Shown here: piece after piece, positions 46,815 through 56,156 of the stretch
Layout: each line of letters begins with the position of its first letter
How positions within the stretch are numbered: position 1 is the first letter of the stretch
Assembly (NCBI GenBank): GCA_041665585.1
Contig: JBAYIN010000005.1
Location: 29,622-93,621 of the forward strand
DNA from: Patescibacteria group bacterium
GTDB taxonomy: Bacteria > Patescibacteriota > Gracilibacteria > JAHISY01
DNA length: 64,000 nucleotides
Direction of reading: 5' to 3'
Notes under the pieces: model-generated
The model's database searches: none
What the model saw: the letters and a program-made list of their open reading frames with translations, nothing else
Told to the model about the DNA's origin: nothing
Made by a program: the position numbers and the translations under genes

Positions 46815-47297
46815 ATGCAACAACACACTCTTCACCCGAAAAAAGGTTCGACTCATCGCAGCAAACGACTCGGTATCGGTGACCGCTTCGCCGGTCGCGG
46901 CGTGAAAGGTCAGCAAAAACGCGTCGGCGGCAGCTCGAAATTTTCTGCAGCCTTCGAAGGCGGACAAACTTCAATCATCCGCCGCATGCCGAAACTCGGT
47001 GGCTTTCGCAATATCAATCGTGTCGAATTTCAGCCAGTCAATACTTCCTCGCTCGAAAAACTCACGATTGACAAAATCTCACGCGAAACTTTGAAAGAAG
47101 CTGGGCTGATTCGCTTCAAGAATAAACCAATCAAACTACTCGGTTTCGGTAAGCTGACTAAAAAATTAACTTGCTTCGTGGACGCCGTCTCGGCTTCTGC
47201 CAAAAAAGCCATCGAAGCGGCCGGTGGCACAATCCAGCTTCCGGTGAAAAAAGTAGTTGAAAAGAAGGTCAGAAAAGCGGAAGATTCCAAAAAATAA
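46815..47297 (+). CDS. rplO: 50S ribosomal protein L15
   Basis: 'GRGVKGQQKRVGGS...FEGGQTSIIRRMPKLGGF'. Confidence 0.85.
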   Translation: MQQHTLHPKKGSTHRSKRLGIGDRFAGRGVKGQQKRVGGSSKFSAAFEGGQTSIIRRMPKLGGFRNINRVEFQPVNTSSLEKLTIDKISRETLKEAGLIRFKNKPIKLLGFGKLTKKLTCFVDAVSASAKKAIEAAGGTIQLPVKKVVEKKVRKAEDSKK

Positions 47298-47306
47298 TTT
47301 TTTGTA

Positions 47307-48605
47307 ATGAATTACTTCAAGAGAATTTTTCAAGCCCCCGATCTGCGCAAGAAAATTCTTTTCACTGTTTTTGCGCTCGTACTGTATCGCGTCATTTCGC
47401 ATATCACTGTCCCCGGCATCGACCGCGCTGCGCTCGAAGGGATTTTCAAGCAAAATGAATTGCTCGGCGTCTTCTCGATGCTCACCGGCGGAAGTTTGAA
47501 AAATTTCTCGATCGTGCTGATGGGACTTACACCATACATCAATGCTTCGATTATCGTGCAGCTCATGACCGTCGTCATTCCACAACTTGAAGAGTTATCG
47601 AAGGAGGGCGAACAGGGACGCAACAAAATTAATTCCTACACGCGCTGGCTCGCTTTTCCGCTGGCTTTTTTACAAAGCTACGGCATGATTTTACTTTTGA
47701 ATAAATCCGCGGGCGGCACGCTCATTCCGGGTATTTCCAATCCGATGGTGATTCTCCCGATCATGCTCACGATTTCCGCCGGTACGATTTTCCTCATGTG
47801 GCTGGGTGAAATGATGACGGAAAAAGGTATCGGCAATGGTATTTCGGTTTTGATTTTCGCGTCGATTGTCTCCGGTATTCCATCCGTCCTCGGACAGACA
47901 CTCGGCATCGCTCAATTCGACCAATCGAAATTAATTCCTTTCGTGATCCTCCTCGCCGTCACCGTCGCACTCACGATCTTCGTCGTACTCGTGACAGAAG
48001 GTGCGCGCCAGATTCCGGTAAATTACGGCAGCCGTGCGGGCAGCCGCGGCGCCCAATCCGCGCTCCCAATCCGCATCAATCAAGCCGGCATGATTCCGAT
48101 CATCTTCTCGGTCTCGCTCGTCACCTTCCCGACCATCATCGCGCAATTCCTACAAAACTCCGCAAATGTGACTGTCAAAACTGTTTCCAATTTTGTCCTC
48201 ACACATTTGAATGGCTCAGCTCCGGGACTTTTGTACATCGTTTTATATTTGTTTTTCATCATCGCGTTCACTTATTTCTATGTTTCGATTACTTTCGATC
48301 CGAAGAAAATTGCTGAGAATATCCAGAAACGCGGTGGCTTCATCCCTGGCATTCGCCCGGGTCGCGAGACTGCCGAATATCTCGGCGGTGTCTCGAGTCG
48401 GCTCAATCTCTGGGGTGGACTCTTCCTCGGCTTCGTCGCAGTGCTGCCAATCATTCTCACGAAATTTTTCGCCAGCCAATCTTTCGGCTCCGTGCCGCTC
48501 TTGATCTCCGGCGCAGGTCTCATCATCGTCGTCGGTGTCGTGCTGGAATTGATTCGTCAGATCAACGCGCAGCTGATCATGCACGATTACGACAAGTTCA
48601 ATTAA
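47307..48605 (+). CDS. secY: Preprotein translocase subunit SecY
   Basis: 432 aa, 10 TM. 'LGLTPYINASIIVQL', 'WLGEMMTEKGIGNGISVLIF'. Confidence 0.95.
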   Translation: MNYFKRIFQAPDLRKKILFTVFALVLYRVISHITVPGIDRAALEGIFKQNELLGVFSMLTGGSLKNFSIVLMGLTPYINASIIVQLMTVVIPQLEELSKEGEQGRNKINSYTRWLAFPLAFLQSYGMILLLNKSAGGTLIPGISNPMVILPIMLTISAGTIFLMWLGEMMTEKGIGNGISVLIFASIVSGIPSVLGQTLGIAQFDQSKLIPFVILLAVTVALTIFVVLVTEGARQIPVNYGSRAGSRGAQSALPIRINQAGMIPIIFSVSLVTFPTIIAQFLQNSANVTVKTVSNFVLTHLNGSAPGLLYIVLYLFFIIAFTYFYVSITFDPKKIAENIQKRGGFIPGIRPGRETAEYLGGVSSRLNLWGGLFLGFVAVLPIILTKFFASQSFGSVPLLISGAGLIIVVGVVLELIRQINAQLIMHDYDKFN

Positions 48606-48614
48606 TTCGCTACG

Positions 48615-48866
48615 ATGAATGACGCACCTGAAAATCCAGTCGAAAAGAAGCTCGACGAAGTTTTGAAAGTCCTGCAAAAAATCGAGCAACAGGGTCATCG
48701 CAATCCTTGGGGCAGCGGAGCGAAATTTGTAATTTTGAATTTCGCGAAAATCGTCGCTTCGATTTTGACTTTGGTTTTGCTCTGGAAAATCTGGGGCTTA
48801 GTCAATGGCATCTCGGGCAATTTTGATTTCCTCCTCGGGAAAATCGGCGATTTGAAGTTTTGGTAA
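48615..48866 (+). CDS. Small membrane protein
   Basis: 83 aa with one hydrophobic helix ('IVASILTLVLLWKIWGLV'). Confidence 0.35.
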   Translation: MNDAPENPVEKKLDEVLKVLQKIEQQGHRNPWGSGAKFVILNFAKIVASILTLVLLWKIWGLVNGISGNFDFLLGKIGDLKFW

Positions 48867-48895
48867 AAAAAATTATCTGCTAAAATTTAACCAGA

Positions 48896-49051
48896 ATGAA
48901 TAAAGTTCTTGAGCCATCTCGAAAAAAAAGCAGTGTCCCGGCAAATGATGTTAAGGCTCTTTTAGAAGCAGCCAAAAAAATGGAATCATATGCTTCGGAA
49001 TTACTCAAGAAGATGAAAGAAGAAGATGAAAGATATTCTTGTAGACACTAA
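48896..49051 (+). CDS. Small ORF, possible antitoxin of the PIN protein
   Basis: 51 codons translated by hand (MNKVLEPSRKKSSVPANDVKALLEAAKKMESYASELLKKMKEEDERYSCRH*). Overlaps the PIN ORF start by 26 nt. Too short for the ORF track. Confidence 0.3.
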   Translation: MNKVLEPSRKKSSVPANDVKALLEAAKKMESYASELLKKMKEEDERYSCRH

Positions 49052-49532
49052 TATCGTAATTCGAGGAGCATCCAGTCAAAAGTTTTTTGAGAAATTTTTA
49101 AATTATTGCAATCTAAAAGGCTTAACTATCGCTATTTGCGATGCAGTTAAGTTTGAATTTCTACGCGGTGCGAATCGTAAAAGCACCAAGGAAGAAATTG
49201 AGAAGGCGCTAAATATCTTTAGAACTGAGGATTTTTCAATGCCAATCTCTAAAGATATTTACCTTGATGCAATTACTCTATCCCAACTTTACACACATAA
49301 AGGCATACCCTTAAAACAAATTTCTTTTTTGGATTGCGTAATAGGAGCAACCTTAAAAAAGTACGAAAATAAATTACTACTTGCAACAATGGACTTAAAT
49401 GATTTTCCTTTGTCCATCTTTGACAGAGTAGATATTTTCACATTTGATGATGGCGAAGTAAGTGTAGTCGGTATTTATAAGTTCAACTGTGAAAAATTTG
49501 AGAAAGTCCTAGCTAATTTTAATAAATCGTAA
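49026..49532 (+). CDS. PIN-domain (VapC-like) nuclease
   Basis: 168 aa. N-terminal 'ILVDTNIVI'. Later acidic positions 'FLDCVIGA' and 'ATMDLNDF'. Confidence 0.6.
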   Translation: MKDILVDTNIVIRGASSQKFFEKFLNYCNLKGLTIAICDAVKFEFLRGANRKSTKEEIEKALNIFRTEDFSMPISKDIYLDAITLSQLYTHKGIPLKQISFLDCVIGATLKKYENKLLLATMDLNDFPLSIFDRVDIFTFDDGEVSVVGIYKFNCEKFEKVLANFNKS

Positions 49533-49589
49533 GTTGCCTTTACGCCATGAGACAAAAAGAAATTTTGTAGATTTAAATCTACAAAGTGT

Positions 49590-50618
49590 TTAGTTCCCTA
49601 TGAATTCAGCCTTATTTTCATTGTGCTCTTCGAGTGTCCGCGCGAAGTGAATCTCGCCATCGGCGTCGTGCAGATAGTACCAGTATTCATTTGACTCAGG
49701 ATGTAGTGCCGCCGCGATGGCTGAGCGGCTCGGTGAGCAGATTGGTGTCGGCGGCAGCCCGCGATTGATGCGCGTGTTGTAGGGCGAATCAAGCTCGAAA
49801 TCTACCGTGAATAAGTTTTCACGATGACCGAGAATGTAAAAAAGTGTCGAGTCGGCGTAAAGTCCCATGCCGCTTTCGATACGCCGCCAGAGAATATCGG
49901 CAACCTTCGCGCGATTCGCTTCAGAATTTTCTTCTAGCTCGACGATCGAAGCCATCGTGAGAATTTCGTGCAGCGAGTATTTCGAGTTCGCCGCATCGAA
50001 ACCAAGCTCATGTAAATTATTTTCCATCGCAGTCAGCATCCGTGCGACGAGATCCTCGACGGAGAAATTATCCGGATCGATTTTGTAAGTCGCCGGAAAA
50101 AGATAACCCTCGAGACTCGCGACCGTCCGACCAGAGAGCATGCTCGACGGTTCGATTTCCGCACCGCCCGAGCGCACGAAATTCGAAAATTCGCCCGGCT
50201 GAATCAAACCGAGCTCGACTAATTTCGCGTCAATCTCAGCGGAATTCCAGCCTTCCAAAATCGTGAGCGAAACTTGCGCGACTTCACCAGCTTGCAAAAT
50301 TTCCGCGACTTCGGGAATCGTCTCTCCGCCGTGAAATGTGAAATGTCCGGCTTCGACTTTGGTATCGAGCTGATTTTGCGCGAGGTATTTCGTGAGCGCC
50401 CAAGCCTCGTCGACCACGCCAATTTCCGCGAGCCGCGTCGTGACACTTTTCAAGCTTTCACCAGTTTCAATCACGAAATCAACCGTCGCCTGATTCACGC
50501 TCGGTCTGGCGAGCAGCGCCGGATAATAGACGAACTGGCGATAGACGAAAAGCGCAACCAGTAAAGTGAGAGCAATTCCGACTAGCTGCGTCAGAATTTT
50601 TTTAAATTTAAATTGCAT
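49590..50618 (-). CDS. mltG: Endolytic murein transglycosylase MltG (YceG-like)
   Basis: N-terminal TM helix. 'LTMASIVELEE', 'SPYNTRINRGLPPTPICSP'. Confidence 0.85.
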   Translation of the reverse strand: MQFKFKKILTQLVGIALTLLVALFVYRQFVYYPALLARPSVNQATVDFVIETGESLKSVTTRLAEIGVVDEAWALTKYLAQNQLDTKVEAGHFTFHGGETIPEVAEILQAGEVAQVSLTILEGWNSAEIDAKLVELGLIQPGEFSNFVRSGGAEIEPSSMLSGRTVASLEGYLFPATYKIDPDNFSVEDLVARMLTAMENNLHELGFDAANSKYSLHEILTMASIVELEENSEANRAKVADILWRRIESGMGLYADSTLFYILGHRENLFTVDFELDSPYNTRINRGLPPTPICSPSRSAIAAALHPESNEYWYYLHDADGEIHFARTLEEHNENKAEFIGN

Positions 50619-50627
50619 CAGAAAAAA

Positions 50628-50948
50628 TTAATCTTGCGGAGCAGCGCCGCCACCCAGCATGCCCTGCATGTCCGCCATCACGCCTTTCATTTTTTCCGCT
50701 GCGATTTCCTGCGCTTTTTTGATTGCCTTGTTTCCGGCTGAAACGAGCGCCGCTTCCAATTTTTCGGCGTTTTCTGGCGTCTTCATGACATCCGGAATTT
50801 TGGTGGAAATCATTTCCATCTCGCCATTCACCGTGACAAAAACTCCGTCCGTCTCGGCTTCGACATGGATGTTCGCGAGCTCTTTTTTAATCTGCTTTGC
50901 CTGTTTTTGCAGCTTGTACATGTCACGCGCTTGTCCGAACATTCCCAT
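50628..50948 (-). CDS. YbaB/EbfC nucleoid-associated protein
   Basis: 106 aa. 'MYKLQKQAKQIKKELA...VTVNGEMEM'. Confidence 0.8.
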   Translation of the reverse strand: MGMFGQARDMYKLQKQAKQIKKELANIHVEAETDGVFVTVNGEMEMISTKIPDVMKTPENAEKLEAALVSAGNKAIKKAQEIAAEKMKGVMADMQGMLGGGAAPQD

Positions 50949-51066
50949 TTGATTGAAATTAAAGCCCGAAAATTTTAGCCTAAATCTCGAGGATAAGAAA
51001 GCTTCTCGAATTTTTTTGACGAATCAAGATTCTCGTTTTAAAATCGAAGACTTATAACTTTAAAAA

Positions 51067-51453
51067 ATGCTTAAAAAAGCAACCATTGAAAAAGAAGCGA
51101 GCGGAGAAGATCAAATTCCAGAAAATATCACGATAACCATTCAAGCAGCTGAACAGCAACTTGCCGAGATTAAAAGAAAAATAGAGGCAAAAGAATTAAG
51201 CTTCCCGAATCTTTCGGAATTAGCCCATTCTTTGAACTCCAAAATTAATCAAGAGCTCAAAAGGATTCATGCTGATAGCCAACAAGGCGAACCCAATAAT
51301 GTGCTCCTAGTTCTAAGCGGGATACAAAAAGATTTGGCAAAACTGGTCGCGAGGGAATCAACGATGAAATTATTGAAAAATAAAAAATTTTTCAGAACAA
51401 TGGCGAAGATAGTTCTTACTCTTAATTTAGAAGGCAAGAAAGGTAAATCATAA
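51067..51453 (+). CDS. Hypothetical protein (AT-rich orphan)
   Basis: 128-aa ORF with no motif recognised. Confidence 0.35.
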   Translation: MLKKATIEKEASGEDQIPENITITIQAAEQQLAEIKRKIEAKELSFPNLSELAHSLNSKINQELKRIHADSQQGEPNNVLLVLSGIQKDLAKLVARESTMKLLKNKKFFRTMAKIVLTLNLEGKKGKS

Positions 51454-51554
51454 TTTGCGTAAAAAAAACTTTTCCCGTAAAATCTCGGCACTTTTGCGGC
51501 GGATCGGGTCACTCCTCCCGAAGCGAACCCGCAAAAAAATTTAACCCCCCAAGG

Positions 51555-52277
51555 ATGAATAACACTGACGATCTCCGCCGCTTACTCGCGGCTGGTCTCC
51601 ACTTCGGTCACAAAACTGCCAAGTGGAATCCGAAAATGGCGCCGTTTTTGTTCGGCTCGAAAAACGGCATGCACATCTTCGACCTCGAAAAAACCGCAGC
51701 CGGACTTACCGCGGCGATGAATTTTCTCGAAAAATCAGCCAGTGAAAAGAAAGTGATTTTGCTCGTTTCGACGAAGCAGCAGACACTCGAAAGTCTCCCC
51801 GATCTCGCACTCGCACTCGCCTGCCCTTATGTCACAGTCAAGTGGTTCGGCGGCTTGCTCACCAATTGGCAGACGACGAAAGAAAGAATCCGCCAACTGC
51901 GCGACCTCAAAAGAGAACGCGACGAGACTGCTTTCTCACGCTATTTGAAAAAGGAACGCACGCAGAAATTGAAGCAAATCGAGAAACTCGAGAGCTGGCT
52001 CTCCGGTATCGAAACTCTGGAAAAGAAACCGGATGTCGTCTTCGTGCTCGACACCGTCCGCGACAAACTCGCCGTCCGTGAAGCCAAGAAATGTGGCATC
52101 CCGGTCGTCGCTGTTTGTGATTCGAATGCTGATCCGGATTTCGTCGACTACCCGATTCCAGCGAATGACGATGCTGTGAAAGCGATTCAATTGATCTTGA
52201 ACGAAGTCCACGACGCAATCGAGCGCGGACAGAAAAAACCGGCAGAAGTGAAAACTAAGACAGTTGCCGAGAAATAA
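51555..52277 (+). CDS. rpsB: 30S ribosomal protein S2
   Basis: 'LLAAGLHFGHKTAKWNPKM', 'IFDLEKT', 'GGLLTNW', 'VVAVCDSNADPD'. Confidence 0.95.
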   Translation: MNNTDDLRRLLAAGLHFGHKTAKWNPKMAPFLFGSKNGMHIFDLEKTAAGLTAAMNFLEKSASEKKVILLVSTKQQTLESLPDLALALACPYVTVKWFGGLLTNWQTTKERIRQLRDLKRERDETAFSRYLKKERTQKLKQIEKLESWLSGIETLEKKPDVVFVLDTVRDKLAVREAKKCGIPVVAVCDSNADPDFVDYPIPANDDAVKAIQLILNEVHDAIERGQKKPAEVKTKTVAEK

Positions 52278-52309
52278 TTTAAAATTTCTCTGTAATTAAC
52301 CACCCGAAA

Positions 52310-53164
52310 ATGAACGACGAAAATCGCAACCCCGCAGATCCGAATCCGCCGGTCGAACCACATCTAGTCGAGCCGATTTATAATCCAGACGCGCCGATTC
52401 CAGCTCCTGCTGAAAAAATTCCAGTCGCGCCGATAGAAATCCCGACTGAGCCAATCGAGTCACAGCTAGCCGAACCGATTTATAACTCAAATGTGCCAAA
52501 CCCAACTCCTGCTGCGCCAGTCGAAGATCATGGGAGCTTTCAGATTCCAGTCGTCGAGACAGAGCCCGTCGTGGAAACTCCAGCCAAACCAGTGGAAACA
52601 CCAGTGGCTGAAGCCCTGATAGAACCAACTTTCGAACCGGCCGCCGAAATTGAGATGCCGGAAGAAGAAATTATCGTCGGTGCGCCAAGTCGCCCAGGCG
52701 ACAAACCGGAAAAACCCGAGAGCGAATTCGCTCCGCAAAACTACGCGCCGACAACTCCTGCGACTAGTGTCGCGAACAGCACGCCGAAAAATAAAACCGG
52801 CTTCCGTCCGGATGGCGTCACGCCTCTCGACCCTGAGGAGAAAATTTTCGCAGCCATCGGCTACATTTCTTTCCTCGCTTTTCTGCCACTCATCACCCGC
52901 CGCGATTCGGAATTTGCGCAACATCACGCTTGGCAGGCAGTCGTAGTCTTCCTCGGATTTTTGTTTTTATTAATTTTTGGCGGTTTCCTGGGTCTCGCCG
53001 GATTCATTTCCTTCCTGATGGTCATCGAATTCATCGGCGGTTTCTTGTTCGCCTACAAGGGCGATTGGTTCAAAATTCCGGTCGTTTATGATCTTTCTTT
53101 GAAGCTGAGAGAGAAGATGCCGCCACAAAATCCGCCGGCTGCCAACACTCCTAGCGCGAATTGA
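52310..53164 (+). CDS. Pro-rich membrane protein with DUF4870-like C-terminal domain
   Basis: Repetitive Pro/Glu/Ile N-terminal half. C-terminal 'EEKIFAAIGYISFLAFLPLITRRDSEFAQHHAWQAVV' plus two more TM helices. Confidence 0.55.
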   Translation: MNDENRNPADPNPPVEPHLVEPIYNPDAPIPAPAEKIPVAPIEIPTEPIESQLAEPIYNSNVPNPTPAAPVEDHGSFQIPVVETEPVVETPAKPVETPVAEALIEPTFEPAAEIEMPEEEIIVGAPSRPGDKPEKPESEFAPQNYAPTTPATSVANSTPKNKTGFRPDGVTPLDPEEKIFAAIGYISFLAFLPLITRRDSEFAQHHAWQAVVVFLGFLFLLIFGGFLGLAGFISFLMVIEFIGGFLFAYKGDWFKIPVVYDLSLKLREKMPPQNPPAANTPSAN

Positions 53165-53204
53165 TTCGCTAAGATAAGTTTTATTTTTTTAATTATTTTT
53201 CAAA

Positions 53205-53981
53205 ATGGCTGAAATCACTGCCGCTCTCGTGAAAGAGCTCCGCGATGCGACTGGCATCGCCATGCTGAAATGCAAAAAAGCACTCGAGGAGTCAGATGGT
53301 GACCTCGAAAAAGCGCGCGATATTCTACGCAAAGCTGGCGAATCGGACGCGGCGAAACGCGCCGAGCGTTCGGTTTGTGAAGGTGTCGTCGCGATCAAAA
53401 TTTCGGCTGACGAAAAGAAAGCGGTCGCGCTCCAACTTTTTTGCGAGACTGATTTCGTCGCGAAGAACTCCGAATTCATCGCGCTCGCTGATGCACTCGC
53501 GGCAGACGCGCTCGCTGGGGCAGATGTCGTGAATTCCGGTAAAGAGAAAATTACAGCCGCGATTCAGAAGAATGGCGAGAATATCAAAATCGGCGAAGTT
53601 CAAATCGTCGAGGCCGCGACGGTCGCAAGCTATCTCCATTCGAATAAAAAAATCGGTGTGCTAGTCGCCGGCTCAGGTAAGTCGGAGATCTTGAGCGACA
53701 TCGCGATGCAAATCGCCGCGATGAATCCGAGTGTAATTTCGCCGGACGAAGTCGCGACCGAGGAGGTTGCCAAAGAAACTGAGATCCAAAAAGAAATTCT
53801 CGCGAAAGAAGGCAAACCGGCTGAGATGATTGAAAAGATTTTGGCGGGCAAGCTGCGTAAATTCCGCGAAGAAAAAAGCCTGCTAAAACAGTCTTTCGTG
53901 AAAGATTCGTCGAAAACCGTCGAGCAATTCTTGGCAGAAAATTCCGCGAAGGTAGAGAAATTTGTCCGACTCGCGGTTTAA
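53205..53981 (+). CDS. tsf: Translation elongation factor Ts
   Basis: N-terminal UBA 'ITAALVKELRDATGIAMLKCKKALEESDGDLEKA'. 'CETDFVAKN'. Confidence 0.9.
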   Translation: MAEITAALVKELRDATGIAMLKCKKALEESDGDLEKARDILRKAGESDAAKRAERSVCEGVVAIKISADEKKAVALQLFCETDFVAKNSEFIALADALAADALAGADVVNSGKEKITAAIQKNGENIKIGEVQIVEAATVASYLHSNKKIGVLVAGSGKSEILSDIAMQIAAMNPSVISPDEVATEEVAKETEIQKEILAKEGKPAEMIEKILAGKLRKFREEKSLLKQSFVKDSSKTVEQFLAENSAKVEKFVRLAV

Positions 53982-54075
53982 TTTTCGAAGGAATATCCCG
54001 AAGGAACATAAAGATAATAAAGAGCCTGAAAGAGCTGTAAGGATATTTTTTGGAACCCTAAATTGAAGTAGTAAT

Positions 54076-54173
54076 TCCTTACTCCTTACTCCTTACTCCT
54101 TACTCCTTACTCCTTACTCCTTACTCCTTACTCCTTAGTTCTTAATTCTTAATTCTTAATTCTTAGTTCTTAT
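54076..54173. repeat. Two abutting heptamer arrays: (TCCTTAC)~9 then (TTCTTAA)~5
   Basis: Read directly from the sequence. The arrays fill the convergent tsf/aroD intergenic space and run into the aroD stop codon. Confidence 0.95.
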
Positions 54174-54856
54174 TCAAAGACTTTCCACCAATCGCGCAGC
54201 TCTGCGGCGGTGAGTTGTCCTGCCGCCGTCGCGTGTTTTTTGTCGAGCGGCGCGAACATCCCGAGTCCGCCGATGAGCGGCGTAATCACGCGCGTCGGCT
54301 CACCCGGCTCACCCATCGCGATGGTGAGAAATTGTTTTTTGCGTTTCGCCAGCTCCCAGGAAATTTGGAAAATCGGCGAGCAGTCGTCGAACGATTTGGC
54401 GGTGCCGACTAGCTTAATCACATCAGCCTTCATTTTGGCGGCTTTTTCAGCCAATTTACGCAGCTGTTCGATCTTCGGCATTTTGGCGAAATCATGAAAT
54501 GACAGAATTAATTTCGTCTTGCTGGAATTTTTCTGGAAATCACGCACGAGCGCGACCGGCGTGTCGAGCGCGAGATCGACGAAAGTCGCACCCGCCGCCG
54601 CGGCAAGCTTGAGCAATTCGACGCGCTTCTTATCACCAAGTCGCGATAGTCCGCCGTCTTTTCGTGTTTTCAAGTTGACGATGGTCGGCTTCTGCACCGC
54701 TGCCAGAATTTTCTGAATTTTGGATTCATCGAGCGCTTTGATTTTGTCGAGCCAAATCTCGATCAAATCAGCCGGGTCCTGCGCATCGAGAATTTGCCGC
54801 TCGAAATCAGCGACCGACACTGGTCGCAGTGGCACGATAATTTTCGGGTTCAGCAT
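54170..54856 (-). CDS. aroD: 3-dehydroquinate dehydratase, type I
   Basis: 'PKIIVPL', 'DLIEIWLD', 'ILSFHDF', 'DVIKLV', 'TIAMGE'. The start is taken at the ATG at 54856 (MLNPKII), which overlaps the U32 stop by 7 nt. Confidence 0.7.
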   Translation of the reverse strand: MLNPKIIVPLRPVSVADFERQILDAQDPADLIEIWLDKIKALDESKIQKILAAVQKPTIVNLKTRKDGGLSRLGDKKRVELLKLAAAAGATFVDLALDTPVALVRDFQKNSSKTKLILSFHDFAKMPKIEQLRKLAEKAAKMKADVIKLVGTAKSFDDCSPIFQISWELAKRKKQFLTIAMGEPGEPTRVITPLIGGLGMFAPLDKKHATAAGQLTAAELRDWWKVFE

Positions 54857-56055
54857 TTTCGCAAGAGGGTGAATTTTGGTAATTCCGCGGAAATCTCGAG
54901 CCAAACTTTCGAACGCTGACCACCGTGCGCCTCAGAGATTTCGGTCAGTTTTTCGTCGAAAATTTTTGTGATTTGGAATTTTTGAATCGCGCCACCCGGC
55001 GGCATTGCCTCAATTTTAGCACCTTTTTTGAAGTGATTTTTTGGCATCAGCAGAATTCTGCCCTGTAAACTTTTTTCCACCAAGCCAAGAAAATTTTGGG
55101 GATTTTCCGCCGCGGATCGTTCGAAATTTTGCAGATTTTGCAGCGTGCCGTCGAAAAATCCGAGCGTAAAATCGCGGTTGCCCGTCGTCCGAATTTCGCG
55201 CCACAAGCTCGGATCAAATTTCCGACCAGCGGTGCAATCATCGAGCGCCTGACGGTAGGCGCGTGTAATCGTCGCGAGATAACCGAGCGATTTATTGCGA
55301 CCTTCAATTTTAAACGAGCAAATACCAAGCTTCGCGAGCTGCGGAATTTTTTCAATCAAAGCGAGATCGCGCGAATTCAAAATATAACTCCCCTGCGCAT
55401 CTTCCTCGATGGGAAAAAATTCGCCCGGGCGTTTTTCCTCAACAAGCGAATACTGCCAACGGCACGGCTGCGCGCACTGCCCGCGATTCGCGTCGCGTCC
55501 GGCGAGAAAGTTGGAAAGTAGGCAGCGACCCGAGTAAGACATGCAAATCGCACCGTGCACGAAAACTTCGAATTCCATCTTCGGATTCGCCGCCACGATT
55601 TTTTTCGTCTCGGCGAAAGACAGCTCGCGCGCGAGAATCACGCGTGAAACGCCGAGTTTTCGCCACATCTGAACAGTGCGTGAATTAACTGAATTCGCCT
55701 GTACTGATAGATGTTTCGCGACTTTGGGAAAAAATTTTTGCAAAGTTGCGAGCACGCCGAGGTCGGAAAAAATGAAAGCATTCGGCGGCGTCGCTTGTAG
55801 TTTGGCGAGAAAATTTTCCAATTTTTTAAATTCGGAATCGCGCGGAAAGGTGTTGGTCGTGAGGTAAATTTTCTTTTTCGCCGCGCGGCAAATTTTGATG
55901 GCCTGCCGAATTTCGGAAATGCCAAATTTATTTTCGCCGACTCGCAACGAAAAATCCGGCGTGCCGAGATAGACCGCATCCGCTCCGAAAGCGAGCGCTG
56001 TGCGCAATTTTTCGAGATCGCCCGCAGGCGCGAGTAATTCAGTGGAATTGTTCAA
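54850..56055 (-). CDS. Peptidase U32 family protein
   Basis: 401 aa. 'ELLAPAGDLEKLRTALAFGADAVYLG', 'FVHGAICMSYSGRCLLS'. Confidence 0.85.
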   Translation of the reverse strand: MNNSTELLAPAGDLEKLRTALAFGADAVYLGTPDFSLRVGENKFGISEIRQAIKICRAAKKKIYLTTNTFPRDSEFKKLENFLAKLQATPPNAFIFSDLGVLATLQKFFPKVAKHLSVQANSVNSRTVQMWRKLGVSRVILARELSFAETKKIVAANPKMEFEVFVHGAICMSYSGRCLLSNFLAGRDANRGQCAQPCRWQYSLVEEKRPGEFFPIEEDAQGSYILNSRDLALIEKIPQLAKLGICSFKIEGRNKSLGYLATITRAYRQALDDCTAGRKFDPSLWREIRTTGNRDFTLGFFDGTLQNLQNFERSAAENPQNFLGLVEKSLQGRILLMPKNHFKKGAKIEAMPPGGAIQKFQITKIFDEKLTEISEAHGGQRSKVWLEISAELPKFTLLRKC

Positions 56056-56156
56056 AATGTTCTAATTGTTATAAGTGTTCTAGCTGTCGAACCAGCGCAG
56101 CCAGCAAACAATTCGAACGGAAAGTATTTTAAACTAAGTCGCGCTAAAATTTCGGA

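Noticed and set aside
51454-51554. A structured rpsB leader or terminator ('tgcgg...tcggg-tcactcc-tcccga...ccgca' followed by an A-run)
   Set aside because: The nested stems exist, but the trailing run is A rather than T on the coding strand, so it is not a terminator. The similarity to known S2 leaders cannot be judged by eye, so it is left unreported as a feature.
54076-54173. The heptamer arrays (also at 27963, 39665 and 39818) as CRISPR arrays
   Set aside because: The units are 7 nt, directly abutting, with no unique spacers. No cas genes are present in the window.
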